DNA of 64,000 nucleotides from an uncultured Staphylococcus sp. (GCA_964477665.1 CAYZFG010000003.1:16776-80775); one strand, 5' to 3'; shown: positions 47,245 to 57,677, counted from the first letter of the stretch. The notes: a model not told the origin generated them from the letters alone. Numbers and translations are program-made.

Positions 47245-48518
47245 CGGTTGAGGGTATGACGGAGTTGATAAATCTGTTGGATAAGCTGAATTTCGTGATA
47301 CTGACCGGCCAGGCGTGCCTGATTTTCGTCGGTGATCTTGGCCAGGAGGGCTGTGGTGTCGATGATGCCGTTTTCGAGTTGCGACTCGGCAGCGCGGCGC
47401 ACCTCGGTGCGGAGCTCCACGATGCGGCTGTCAGAGACCATCACTTCGCGCAGGGCATCAATTTGCCGGTGCTGTTGGGCGGTGAGCATCCGGGTGTTGA
47501 GAAGGAATGTCTCGCGGTCAGCGAGGATCGACTCGTTTTGCAGCGCTGCGGAGCGGCGGGAATTGGAGCGGGTATACAGAGCGTCGATATTCCACGATAT
47601 TTTCAGGCCGCCTATGATGTTAAACGACAAGTTGCGTTTCATCATGCTCTCGAAGTAATTCAGCCCCGGGTAGCCGTAGTAAGCCTGAGCGAAGAATCCT
47701 ATGCGGGGCATGACGCCGGTATCAATGCGGCGGAGCATGGCGTCGTTGAGCCGCGAGCGCAGGTCGAGAAGTTGCAACTCGGGACGCGCGGGAATATCGT
47801 CGGCGGGCATGTCGGCAGCGGGAGTTTCAAGCGGGGCGTCGCTTATCTCCATGCCCGTGAGAATCGAGAGCATCCGGCGGTAAGATGTCAGGGCGGCTTC
47901 GGCCTCGGTGAGCTTCTGTCTCACGGCGAGAATCTGTGCTTCCACCATAGCCGCGTCGCTGCGCATGGCCGTGCCGTTTTTCACCATGGCCTCAAGGCGA
48001 CTGTGGTTGGCTTCGAGCAGAGCGAGTGACTGGCGTGTCTCCTCGATCTGGCGCTCCATAAGGAGGATGCCGAAAAACAGATTCTGCACGCGCTCCCTCA
48101 CGGCATATATCTCCACCTCCACCGACGCCCGTTTCACGTTGGCCGAAGCTCGCTCCACATCGCGGGCAGCCCGGGAGGCACCGCCGTCCCACACGGTCTG
48201 TGTCACGTCAGCCCCTACCTTATATTGAAAGCGCGAGAGACCGCGGAAATTCTGATTCATGGCCGCGAGCATATTGCTCAACGCGTCGGGCCACGAGGGG
48301 ATGTCGTTTTGCAGCGTAGACTGAGCGTAGATACTTATGCGCGGGAGCCAGCCGCGGTTGATGTCGCTCAGTGCTACGTCGGCCTCGCGCGAAGCTATAT
48401 CGTAGCCAGCTATGGCAGGATAATTTTCCTCGGCGCGAGCCAGGCACTCGTCGAGCGTCACGGCAGCATGGGCACTGAAAGCCACCATGGCGGCAAAAAG
48501 AAAGAAAAGCAGTCTCAT
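47241..48518 (-). CDS. TolC-family outer membrane efflux protein
   Basis: Signal peptide, two helical repeats, P-x-I-x-F beta strands; operon context. Confidence 0.88.
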   Translation of the reverse strand: MRLLFFLFAAMVAFSAHAAVTLDECLARAEENYPAIAGYDIASREADVALSDINRGWLPRISIYAQSTLQNDIPSWPDALSNMLAAMNQNFRGLSRFQYKVGADVTQTVWDGGASRAARDVERASANVKRASVEVEIYAVRERVQNLFFGILLMERQIEETRQSLALLEANHSRLEAMVKNGTAMRSDAAMVEAQILAVRQKLTEAEAALTSYRRMLSILTGMEISDAPLETPAADMPADDIPARPELQLLDLRSRLNDAMLRRIDTGVMPRIGFFAQAYYGYPGLNYFESMMKRNLSFNIIGGLKISWNIDALYTRSNSRRSAALQNESILADRETFLLNTRMLTAQQHRQIDALREVMVSDSRIVELRTEVRRAAESQLENGIIDTTALLAKITDENQARLAGQYHEIQLIQQIYQLRHTLNR

Positions 48519-48604
48519 GGGCGAAGTTTGCTATGGATTTTCTAAAATAAGTCGTCCTCCTCGCCCGGGGCGGGAAGGACGACTGTATGGGGTTGAGGAT
48601 GTTA

Positions 48605-49978
48605 TCAGAGGCTGCGGGGGTCGATGGTCTCTTCTTCGAGCACGGGGATGTCAGTGTTGACATTCTTGCTGCCGGTGAGGGCGTAGAAGAAGATGTAGGC
48701 GAGCATGGCTACCACGAGCCAGTAAGATTCCATGTAGCCTTCGAGGTCAGCGATATAGTTCTGAAGCAGAGGCATCAGACCGCCACCTACCACCATCATC
48801 ATGAAGATGCCAGATGCCTGAGCGGTGTATTTGCCGAGGCCTTCTACTGCAAGATTGAAGATACTGCCCCACATGATGGAGGTGCAGAGGCCGCAGAAGA
48901 TAAGGAGCATGGCGCTGACGGGCACGGTGGCGCCGCCGTCGTAGAGGGCTTCAGGGACGGGTACGGTGACATTTTTGGGAATGAGTATCGCAACTACGAT
49001 GAGGACTATGGCTACCGAGGCCACGGTCATGAGCTGGGTGCGGGTGGGGACGATGGCACTTATCACGGCCGAGAGCGAGCGGCCCACGAGCATGAGCAGC
49101 CAGTAGATGGCCACAATGGCACCGGCGATGGCCGAAGCGTCGCCTATCACGCCTGCGCCGCGGGCAGTCTGGTCAGCGAGATAGAAGTTGAGGGTGCCGG
49201 GGATACCCACCTCGATACCTACATAGAAGAAGATAGCGATGACGCCAAGCACAGTGTGGCGGAAATTCCAGGGGCTGTGGGTATATTTGGGCTTCTTTGT
49301 AGCGGCATTGTTATTGCCCGGCTCGGGTATCTGCACCAGATACACAATCACACCGGCCACCACGAAGATAGCCATACCGATGATGAGCAGCGGCTCTACC
49401 TCCACCATCGAAGTCTCCTTAGTGAGCTGGCCTATAAGCACGCCCACGAGCAGCGGGGTAAGCGTACCGGCAAGAGAGTTGAATGCGCCGGCGCTCTGCA
49501 GGAGCTGATTACCCTTGTTGCCGCCGCCACCGAGGAGGTTGAGCATGGGGCAGCACACGGTGTTGAGCATACACACGCAGAAACCTGCCACGAATGCACC
49601 CAAGAGATAGATGATATAGTTGAGATGGACGCTCATCGAGCCCATGGTGCCTACGACAACGCCGTCGCCCACGCTACCCGATATATACTGGATGAAAAGG
49701 CCTATCACTCCCACCACCAGCGCGGCGAGAGTAGTCTTTTTATAACCGATTTTCACAAGGAGGTTACCCGCCGGGATACCCATGAAGAGATAGGCAAGGA
49801 AGTTCATCATGTTGCCCATCATGCCGAGCACGTTGTTTCCCTCGAAATGATGTCCCCAGATAGTGCCGATAGGTGCGGCAAGGTTAGTGACGAAGGAGAT
49901 CATCGCATACACGAAAAACATCACCACAATGGCGAGTATTCGTGTGCTGCCTCCTGAATTGGATGCTTGATTTTTCAT
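48605..49978 (-). CDS. FucP/GluP-family MFS sugar permease
   Basis: 12 TM, GYKK, NPxLNLLGG-like segment, FFYVGIEVG, IMWGSIF. Confidence 0.85.
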   Translation of the reverse strand: MKNQASNSGGSTRILAIVVMFFVYAMISFVTNLAAPIGTIWGHHFEGNNVLGMMGNMMNFLAYLFMGIPAGNLLVKIGYKKTTLAALVVGVIGLFIQYISGSVGDGVVVGTMGSMSVHLNYIIYLLGAFVAGFCVCMLNTVCCPMLNLLGGGGNKGNQLLQSAGAFNSLAGTLTPLLVGVLIGQLTKETSMVEVEPLLIIGMAIFVVAGVIVYLVQIPEPGNNNAATKKPKYTHSPWNFRHTVLGVIAIFFYVGIEVGIPGTLNFYLADQTARGAGVIGDASAIAGAIVAIYWLLMLVGRSLSAVISAIVPTRTQLMTVASVAIVLIVVAILIPKNVTVPVPEALYDGGATVPVSAMLLIFCGLCTSIMWGSIFNLAVEGLGKYTAQASGIFMMMVVGGGLMPLLQNYIADLEGYMESYWLVVAMLAYIFFYALTGSKNVNTDIPVLEEETIDPRSL

Positions 49979-50107
49979 CGTAGTTGAAAATGAGATATTG
50001 TATGTGATTTAAGTAAATTTCGATGATATGAACGTCTGATTTGCAAAGATAATACAATCCTGAGATATATTGTCACTTCATGACCGGAAAAATAGCTGAA
50101 GGGTATG

Positions 50108-50145
50108 AAAAAAGCGGTTCCTGCCGGGGCGGGAACCGCTTTTTT
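50108..50145. terminator. Terminator hairpin downstream of the PL11 gene
   Basis: aaaaaagcggttcc / ggaaccgctttttt stem. Confidence 0.8.
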
Positions 50146-50161
50146 AGGGTATGGGAGGGGA

Positions 50162-53100
50162 TTAGCGCACGGCTATCTTGGAGATTTCGCGGGTGCCGGC
50201 GGTCTCGGAGATGAGAATGTAGATGCCGGGGAGGGCCGACGAGGTGACGTTTTCAGCCACGCCGCGACCGCGGGCTACCACTCGACCGGTCATGGCGTCG
50301 ATGAGGGTCAGGCGGGTGGAGGGGGTTGCGGTTGCGGCATCAACTACGATGTCGTCGATACCGGCAGCGGGGATGTCGCCCTTAAGGAAGTCGTCCTTCA
50401 CGAGGCGATCGGTCATAGCGCCGGAGTAGATGCGGAATTCGTCGAGGCAGCCGCGGTATTTATTGTCAAAGCCGCAGGAGTTACCGATGATGAGCGGGAG
50501 GTTTTGGTCAGATACGTTACCTGACTGGTCAGGAGCTTCGCCCATGAGCTCGCCGTCGATATACATCTTCAGGGTCTTGGTGCTTCCTTCGCGCACGAGG
50601 GCGATGTGGTGCCAGGTCTGGTTGAAGAGCTCGGTGGCGTCGATTGATACTTCGCTCTTCTTTACATCGTCGTCGACGGCAAATTTCAGGCGGCCCGACT
50701 TGTATTCGAGGCCCACCCAGCACTCGTCAGTGTGGCCTTTGTGGAAGATGTAAGCATCGCGGGCGGGCGACTTGAACCAGAACATGATGGTGAAGTCTTT
50801 CTCGCCGAGCTGGATGGCGTCGTAGGCTGCCTGAGAGAAGTATACGCCTGAGGGATCGAGGTCAACGGCCATACCCACGGGGCCTTCTACGGCGATGGCG
50901 TCAGTCTTGCCTGCCTTCTTGGCTTCGCCATATACGAGGTTGGGCGTGGTGGCGCCGAGCTGCTCAAAGGGATAGTGGGCAAGGAGCTCGGTCTCTACGG
51001 CGCCTATCACTATGATAGTGCCGCTTACGGTAGCGCGGGGCTCGGCACCCGAGGTGGCGAGGGTAAATTCATAAGTGCCTTCGGCTACGGGAGTGCCGGC
51101 TACGGTGAAGGTCTGAGCCTCTTCGTCGATAGTGAGAGTTACGCCTTCGGGCAGACCTTCGGCGACAAACGACGGTGCGTTGGCCCACGTGCCTGAGATA
51201 GGCTCGATGGCATAGCCGAGCTCTACTACGCGGGTAAGGTCAGAGCTCGACACTGAGAGGCGGGGATCGCCGCTGAACATGTCGGGGAGGTAGTAGCCGA
51301 GGTGGGGCGGCTGATTATAGGCAGTATTTTGCCATGCGATGGCCATGCGGTATACGTGGTCCTGCATGAGGCAGGGTACCTTGTAGTCAGAGGGGATGGT
51401 GGTGGTGAACACAAGAAGGTCTGACATCGTGGAGCCGTCATACATCACCACTTCTTCGCGCCAGTCGCCGAAGAGGTCGGCCTGGATGCAGGGGGTAGAT
51501 TTGGTCTGGGTGACTGACTGTGCGTTGCTGAATTTCGAGAAATCCATCACTGACTTGGTAGAGGTGAGGTCAGAGTTCATCTTGGTTATCGAAGTGCCGT
51601 CGAGAATCTCGTCGAGCAGGTCGCCGTCCCAGTACACGCGGAAGTTGACCGAGGGACGGTTGGTAGACACGCAATTACCGGCCACGTCAAATATCTTGTT
51701 AGCCTTGGTGCCGTCGGTATAATCGGCTTGCGGCCACATCTCATATCCGCGGTAAGCGTCGGTGATGTCGGCAGCGAGTCCGCGGCCAATATCGTTGCCT
51801 GACTGGAGGAGGCCCCATATCACCTGACCCGTCTTGGCATCGCGCATTTCGGTATCATACTTGTAGTCACTTGTCTTTTCCTCGTGGACCATGAACACTT
51901 CAAGGCCTTCGCGGTCAGGATCGAGGTCGCCGAGGTGGAGGGCGTCGCCGTGGCCGAAGCCGGTGCGGTAGAGGAGCGAGCCGTCGTGGTCAAGACACGC
52001 CGAGCCGAATACTATTTCGTCGCAGCCGTCGCCGTCTACGTCGCCCACAGTTATCGAGTGGGCACCCTCGCCATAGAGGCCTTCACCTTTTTTCTCGGAT
52101 TTATGCAGCCAGCGGAGCTTGAGATTATGGCCGTCGAAGTCCCATGCTGCCACGTAGGCGGCAGTATAGTAGCCGCGACACATTATGATGCTGGGTTTCA
52201 TGCCGTCAAGATAAGCCACGCAGGCAAGGTAGCGCTCCGAGCGGTTGCCATAAGAGTCGCCCCAACTGCTGGTGATGGAGCGCAGGGGTTCGTAGCTCTC
52301 GGTGGCGAGGTTGGCGCCGGTGAGACCGGAGAACACGGTGAGGTATTCGGGGCCGGAGAGGATTGTGCCCACGTTGGTGCGGTAATCGTCGGTCACCTTA
52401 TCATTACCCATCAATACGGGATTGCCCTGGCCGTCGATAGTGCCGGGGGCGGTCTTCACTGCCAGCTCGGCCTTGCCGTCGCCGTCAAAGTCATAGACCA
52501 TCATGTGGGTATAATGGTTGCCGGCGCGGATGTTGCGGCCAAGGTCGATGCGCCACAGCTTCTCACCCGTCAGGCGGTAGCAATCTATATAAGTGTTGCC
52601 CGTGTAGCGGCGGTGAGCATTATCGGCGAAATTGGTGGGATCCCAGCGGAGGAAAATCTCGTAGGTACCGTCGCCGTCCACGTCGCCCACTGCGCATGAG
52701 CCGGGAGTGTAAGTGTAAGGATATGGTTCGGTAAGACTGGTCTTGCCGTTGGGGTCATCGGCCGTCACGCCACCGGCGGGCGAGATGCCACCCTCGGGGC
52801 GGTCGATATGGATGCGATGGAAAACTTCGGGCCACACGGCAGCCACGTCGGTAGTCTCCTTCACGGCATCGTCGAGCGTAGCCTTGAGCTGATACACCGA
52901 GCTTACAGTACCCTCAGGGTCAGTGAAGTTGCTCTTAAATTGGAGCGGCTCGGCGGTAATCTTCACGCCGTCGCGATAGATGTCAAACTTCAGATTCTTG
53001 TCATCATCGGCAAGGCTGCGCCACGAGAGAAACACGCCGTCGTCAGTCTTCACAGCCACGGCGCCGCGGTCGAGAAATTCCTGCTGCGGAGCCTCGGCTG

Positions 53101-53167
53101 CAACCGACATGCTGAAAGCCGCCGGCACCGCCACCGCCGCAAGAATCATTTTCAATGAAAATTTCAT
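50162..53167 (-). CDS. Rhamnogalacturonan lyase (PL11) with Ig-like, LamG-like domains and T9SS CTD
   Basis: LDRGAVAV..VFLSWR, NIRAGNHYT, DFDGDGKAE, HGDALH, NTAYNQPPH; WHHIALVR LamG motif. Confidence 0.9.
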   Translation of the reverse strand: MKFSLKMILAAVAVPAAFSMSVAAEAPQQEFLDRGAVAVKTDDGVFLSWRSLADDDKNLKFDIYRDGVKITAEPLQFKSNFTDPEGTVSSVYQLKATLDDAVKETTDVAAVWPEVFHRIHIDRPEGGISPAGGVTADDPNGKTSLTEPYPYTYTPGSCAVGDVDGDGTYEIFLRWDPTNFADNAHRRYTGNTYIDCYRLTGEKLWRIDLGRNIRAGNHYTHMMVYDFDGDGKAELAVKTAPGTIDGQGNPVLMGNDKVTDDYRTNVGTILSGPEYLTVFSGLTGANLATESYEPLRSITSSWGDSYGNRSERYLACVAYLDGMKPSIIMCRGYYTAAYVAAWDFDGHNLKLRWLHKSEKKGEGLYGEGAHSITVGDVDGDGCDEIVFGSACLDHDGSLLYRTGFGHGDALHLGDLDPDREGLEVFMVHEEKTSDYKYDTEMRDAKTGQVIWGLLQSGNDIGRGLAADITDAYRGYEMWPQADYTDGTKANKIFDVAGNCVSTNRPSVNFRVYWDGDLLDEILDGTSITKMNSDLTSTKSVMDFSKFSNAQSVTQTKSTPCIQADLFGDWREEVVMYDGSTMSDLLVFTTTIPSDYKVPCLMQDHVYRMAIAWQNTAYNQPPHLGYYLPDMFSGDPRLSVSSSDLTRVVELGYAIEPISGTWANAPSFVAEGLPEGVTLTIDEEAQTFTVAGTPVAEGTYEFTLATSGAEPRATVSGTIIVIGAVETELLAHYPFEQLGATTPNLVYGEAKKAGKTDAIAVEGPVGMAVDLDPSGVYFSQAAYDAIQLGEKDFTIMFWFKSPARDAYIFHKGHTDECWVGLEYKSGRLKFAVDDDVKKSEVSIDATELFNQTWHHIALVREGSTKTLKMYIDGELMGEAPDQSGNVSDQNLPLIIGNSCGFDNKYRGCLDEFRIYSGAMTDRLVKDDFLKGDIPAAGIDDIVVDAATATPSTRLTLIDAMTGRVVARGRGVAENVTSSALPGIYILISETAGTREISKIAVR

Positions 53168-53304
53168 AAGGATGTTGATAAGGTTAAAACTGGATTAGGT
53201 TAGGTATATTTCGTGTAAAGTTAGTCAAAATGGAGGGAGTACCGTGTATTTTAACTGATATTAACTTTTGAAAAATTTAGCCTACCCACCCACACACAAA
53301 TTTT

Positions 53305-53424
53305 CACAGCGACGTCCCTACGACCAATGCTGAAACATCGCAAAGTGACTACCCTTTACCCATAAATAGTATGTCAAAATGACGCCCGTAGGTCGCCGAT
53401 TAAAGAGCCACGCCGAGACACTAC
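53305..53424. repeat. REP-like motifs shared with the 35.2-35.4 kb cluster
   Basis: cacagcgacgtccctac (53305-53321) vs cacagcgacgtcactac (35424-35440); ggtcgccgattaaag at both sites. Confidence 0.65.
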
Positions 53425-53443
53425 AATTTCTTCCAATAGAGAA

Positions 53444-55525
53444 TCAATAAGAAGCAACGCTGGTCTTGGCCGATGAAGGACCGGAGATGTCAATGCTGCG
53501 GTCGACTTTACGGCCATAGTCAAAAGTGTAAGTGACGTTGATCGAGAATCGTCGCCCGGGGTTGAATGCGGTGTAATCAGTAGTGTAATGTGGTGATGCA
53601 AAGCGGTTGATGCGCTTTTCCTTGTGATGAAATATATCCTCGGCTCGGGCTGAAAGATAGAGATTGCCACTGCCATAAGTGACACTGAAATTGAAGTAGT
53701 CTTGTCTCCAACTATAGGCAAGGCCACCGAGGGAGATTCCACTGTAAGGACTTTCATAGGCGGCTTGAAATCTGACGTTGCCGAGCGTATACGATGCATC
53801 ACCCGATATAGAGAAATGAGTATGGCTACGGGTCAGAAGAGGCTCGGAGTAAAATATATAAAAAATCGTGGGCCGGAGATTCAACGACAGCTTTCCGTTG
53901 AGGAGATTGCCTGACAATGATAGCGAGGCGTTAATGACGTTCTCAGGCGTGCAGTTGAGGTTTTCCCTGATCAGACCGCCTTGCTCTATGGAAGCTGCCG
54001 AGTAGTCAGAATATATTTGATCGTTGATTCTCGAATAATGCAGATTGAATGAGGTAGATAATTCGTTGCAGGGTAAATATGAAAAGTAAGTACCGGCATC
54101 CCAGGAGGAAACATCCTTTAGAAATGGATTGCCGAGCGACCATAACAATTCACTATGTTTTACCATCACGGGATTAGTTTCGCCGGAGGAAGCAGAACGG
54201 AGATAATAGCGGAGGCTTCCGCTGAGATTGAATTTGCGACCGGGGTTCCAGTTGAGCGAGCCGGTGATATTGGGATTGAAGTCATGGCGCGATATTGCAC
54301 CGATATCTCGTATAGTGAGGTCAAATCCGGGCTCGAAACGAACGCTGAATTTCGCAGTAGGGTACCAAGTAACTCGTAGCTGTGAAGTAAGATTCTTGCG
54401 GCTGATATGTTGTCGTGTGTCGGCCGAGCCCTTATAGCGGGTTGAGTAAAAATCAGCCGATCCGTCGAGCAAAAGATTGAATCCGAGTTTTTCAGAGGGG
54501 ATGAATGAGGGGAAGATAACAAGACGGCAAGAGTTGACATCCTCTTTTGTCATGTTGACTATAGGAGAGGTGCTTCCGAATTGACTGAGTGACGACGCAT
54601 CATTACGGGCGTAGGTATACAGCCACGTGCCATACAAATACCATCGGCGTGGCAATGTAAACATGTAAGCCCCACTTATCTGCGGTGAGAGGGTCTTAGA
54701 GGTAGAACTTGACAACGTATTGGAAGCCCCGAAAAGATCTTGCGACCAGGCTCCGTAACTTTCAGTCACTGACTCGGGCTTGGCTTCGCGGAGAAGTGAT
54801 ATTGTGTGAGTAATCTGAGTCTTGTCAGTGGAGTACTTGGCATTGAAAGATAATGAAGCGTAATTATGTTTGCTACGGCTCACGCTTTCATCCGTGTAAC
54901 TGATTTCGTCATAATACTCTCCATCGTAATAAAGGTCGCGGTATCGGGTTGTGCCGGTGGCTTTATTGGCTTTGTCGCGGGAATAATTACCGGAGAGCAT
55001 CAGTCCGTAGGTCATTTTACGATACACGAGCTTTGAGGCTATTTCGCCGTTTCCGTAGGTCTGTACAAACTTCTGCATGACGTTTGCCCTCGTCACACCC
55101 CCATATTCATATACCGGCATGATGAAATTTACAGCGGCCTCCACACCCTCAAACCGAGGATCGGCCGGATGCTCTATATACTGCACTCGCTTGACATTCA
55201 TAGAGTAGAAAGTAGCGAGATCAATATCATTGGCACGCTCGCCATTGATAAATACAGCTACGGCTTGTCCCGCGGGATTTACAATCGCCCCCTCCTTCTC
55301 GCGCAGAAACGGCAGGTTCATCGAGCCGATGAGCGTAGCGGGACTATTGGAGAGCTTTTTCTCACTTTTGGTGGGGATGACGTTGATGATACCATCCTTT
55401 ATCCACCCTCGGTCAGCCTTCACCACCACATCGTCAAGCATCAGATCGGGGATAGAATCATCGGCGAGAGATGAGCCTATCCCAAATATGAAAATTGACA
55501 GAATAAAAGCCGAAATGCACTTCAT
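53444..55525 (-). CDS. Large outer-membrane beta-barrel protein (TonB-dependent-like, plug plus barrel)
   Basis: Signal peptide, LDDVVVKA, plug-like INGE..D, alternating beta strands, FSINVTYTF near the C-terminus. Confidence 0.7.
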   Translation of the reverse strand: MKCISAFILSIFIFGIGSSLADDSIPDLMLDDVVVKADRGWIKDGIINVIPTKSEKKLSNSPATLIGSMNLPFLREKEGAIVNPAGQAVAVFINGERANDIDLATFYSMNVKRVQYIEHPADPRFEGVEAAVNFIMPVYEYGGVTRANVMQKFVQTYGNGEIASKLVYRKMTYGLMLSGNYSRDKANKATGTTRYRDLYYDGEYYDEISYTDESVSRSKHNYASLSFNAKYSTDKTQITHTISLLREAKPESVTESYGAWSQDLFGASNTLSSSTSKTLSPQISGAYMFTLPRRWYLYGTWLYTYARNDASSLSQFGSTSPIVNMTKEDVNSCRLVIFPSFIPSEKLGFNLLLDGSADFYSTRYKGSADTRQHISRKNLTSQLRVTWYPTAKFSVRFEPGFDLTIRDIGAISRHDFNPNITGSLNWNPGRKFNLSGSLRYYLRSASSGETNPVMVKHSELLWSLGNPFLKDVSSWDAGTYFSYLPCNELSTSFNLHYSRINDQIYSDYSAASIEQGGLIRENLNCTPENVINASLSLSGNLLNGKLSLNLRPTIFYIFYSEPLLTRSHTHFSISGDASYTLGNVRFQAAYESPYSGISLGGLAYSWRQDYFNFSVTYGSGNLYLSARAEDIFHHKEKRINRFASPHYTTDYTAFNPGRRFSINVTYTFDYGRKVDRSIDISGPSSAKTSVASY

Positions 55526-55570
55526 CTATTTAGAGAGAAGTTTGTTATTGCGATTTATAAACGCTTACAT

Positions 55571-56212
55571 TCAGAAGAAGAACTTAAATGCCAGTAGGAG
55601 CGAAGCGGGGTTGTAATGCTTCTTGTAGATGGCGACATTCTCGGGCTTGTTGGCGCGGGTGAGGTCGATGTTAAACATTATATCAAATTGCCCGCCATCG
55701 GTGTAAAAGCCTAAACCTACACAGGCAGCCAGACTATTGGGATACCATAATTGCGACGAACTCATGCGCTGCTCGGGCACCTGACCTGAAGTGGTGGTGG
55801 AGAAATAATGATTATATTGCACGCCTATCTGTGGCACGAAGCAGCTGGTATTGGGGTTATCGTCAGACGCACACTTGTATCCGAATATCAGCGGCACACC
55901 CACGCTCCAGCGATTAAGCTGAATACGCGGATCGGAAATGTCGGCGGCTCTGATCCAAGTGTAGTCATAGCATATCTTTGCTCCCGGCTCTACGAAAAAC
56001 TTTTTGGTAATCATGATGCGTGACAATGCTCCGACTGATCCTCCCCAACCGGGCTGAGGAAGATAGTGGTTGATACCACCCTGCGTAAAGTTGATGTCAG
56101 CGCCCAATGTGAATCCCCAATATACTCTCTTGTCTTTAACTTGAAATCCCTCCTCCTCGGCTACCATCACGAAAGGAAGGATAAGCATAAATAGCGCGAT
56201 TAACTTTTTCAT
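55571..56212 (-). CDS. Small outer-membrane beta-barrel (porin/PorT-like) protein
   Basis: Signal peptide, amphipathic strands, C-terminal Phe. Confidence 0.7.
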   Translation of the reverse strand: MKKLIALFMLILPFVMVAEEEGFQVKDKRVYWGFTLGADINFTQGGINHYLPQPGWGGSVGALSRIMITKKFFVEPGAKICYDYTWIRAADISDPRIQLNRWSVGVPLIFGYKCASDDNPNTSCFVPQIGVQYNHYFSTTTSGQVPEQRMSSSQLWYPNSLAACVGLGFYTDGGQFDIMFNIDLTRANKPENVAIYKKHYNPASLLLAFKFFF

Positions 56213-56353
56213 AGAAGTAATAATTTATAGTTGTTGTGATGTGATAGATTACAAAGTTATGGGTTTTATGTAGAAAATGCAAATAAAAATTATTTTTGAG
56301 TATCAAAGTGCAGCCCATACTAATCGTGAGGTTGTATATGCTCTACTTCTGTT

Positions 56354-56443
56354 CAGCCGCCTCCGGGGCTGGCGTACGATAGGAGGGGAGTGGCCGCGGG
56401 TGGCAAGCACCCACGGTTGTTAAGATGCCATCCCTCCGGGATG
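56354..56443. repeat. Three-hairpin REP/MITE-like element
   Basis: cagccgcctccggggctg; ccgcgggtg-gcaag-cacccacgg; catccc-tcc-gggatg. Confidence 0.55.
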
Positions 56444-56508
56444 CAATGGCTTACGCCATACAAATACTGTTTGCGCGATTGCTACATAAAAAAGCCTTAG
56501 ATGGGAAA

Positions 56509-57501
56509 TTATTCATCTCGGCCATATTCTTCAAATTCTGCGTAGGTTTTTTCGTACCACAGGTGAGCACTGCATACAGCCGTGGAGAACACTGAATAGA
56601 GTATTGACTTTTCTGCATCAGCATAAGTTTCATCTTTCTCGATTTCACTTATATAACTGTCAATAAGCGTTTTTATATCGTCAAGATTATTAGGATAATC
56701 TTTTAATGCCTCTGCAAACAGATAGACGACTTTTTCTGTCCTTGTCGGGTTTATTCTATTTACTGTTGGAAGACCAACAATTGAAACAGGAGTACTGTAA
56801 TACTCTTTAAATTTTGGTCCATGCATAAGCCTAAAGGCATAAATCATTTCTTCATCTCCGTTGGCTGCATCCTCTAAAGTATATGGTAATTCTTCTTTGT
56901 CCATCAGTTGTCTGAGCGAAACATTGTGACGCAGGCCTGTTTCAAAGCTTTTCACGTGATTGCTTGGCAATTTTATGTTAGCAGTTTTGCAGCGCTCACG
57001 TTCGTTTGACATCAGCGAGGGTATTAGATACGAACTTGCCAATGCATGCTCTACACTATCCTGCTGAATCAAAGTTTTTTTAGTCGTAAGCCCTTCAATA
57101 CTTCCGGTCTGCTCTCCTCGCAGGTTATACTCTAAAGAATAGGCAGTACCAACTATAATACCTCCAATACTGGCTCCGATTCCGCCACCGATTGAGAACC
57201 CTACTGACGCTCCTTTCAGGGCGCCATTCAGGTCTGCAGTAATAGTTTTAACTGACTTTTTCCACCACTCTTTAAACTTGCTCCAGATGCTGCGGCTTTC
57301 GGGGCTCATAGATTGAAGTTGTGACTGTGCGATTAGGCTGTCGTTGAGTGCTTGCAGCTTAATGAGTAGCGGATCATTTTCAAGAGATGACACGGCTGAA
57401 ACCTCGGTTACATTTGCTTCGGGTTCATCTTGGCTTGTGCACGCAGTAAACCCTGCGATAATCGCAACTACGGTAAAAGAGAAAAATAATAACTTCTTCA
57501 T
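56509..57501 (-). CDS. Hypothetical surface lipoprotein with cationic/Trp segment and glycine-zipper helix
   Basis: Lipobox FTAC plus acidic SQDEPE; SRSIWSKFKEWWKK...ADLNGALKGASVGFSIGGGIGASIGGIIVG. Confidence 0.7.
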   Translation of the reverse strand: MKKLLFFSFTVVAIIAGFTACTSQDEPEANVTEVSAVSSLENDPLLIKLQALNDSLIAQSQLQSMSPESRSIWSKFKEWWKKSVKTITADLNGALKGASVGFSIGGGIGASIGGIIVGTAYSLEYNLRGEQTGSIEGLTTKKTLIQQDSVEHALASSYLIPSLMSNERERCKTANIKLPSNHVKSFETGLRHNVSLRQLMDKEELPYTLEDAANGDEEMIYAFRLMHGPKFKEYYSTPVSIVGLPTVNRINPTRTEKVVYLFAEALKDYPNNLDDIKTLIDSYISEIEKDETYADAEKSILYSVFSTAVCSAHLWYEKTYAEFEEYGRDE

Positions 57502-57677
57502 GTGTAAATTTTATTGGATAATTAATATTGGATAATTAATAATGTGGATTTCAATAAAAAGTAAGTTTCAATAATCAGTATCAAGCATTTTAATTGAGGC
57601 TGAAAGCGCAATTATATGCTGAGGTTTCGAACTTAATCATTGAAACTTACCAAGGTATAATTACTATGAGGAGAGAT

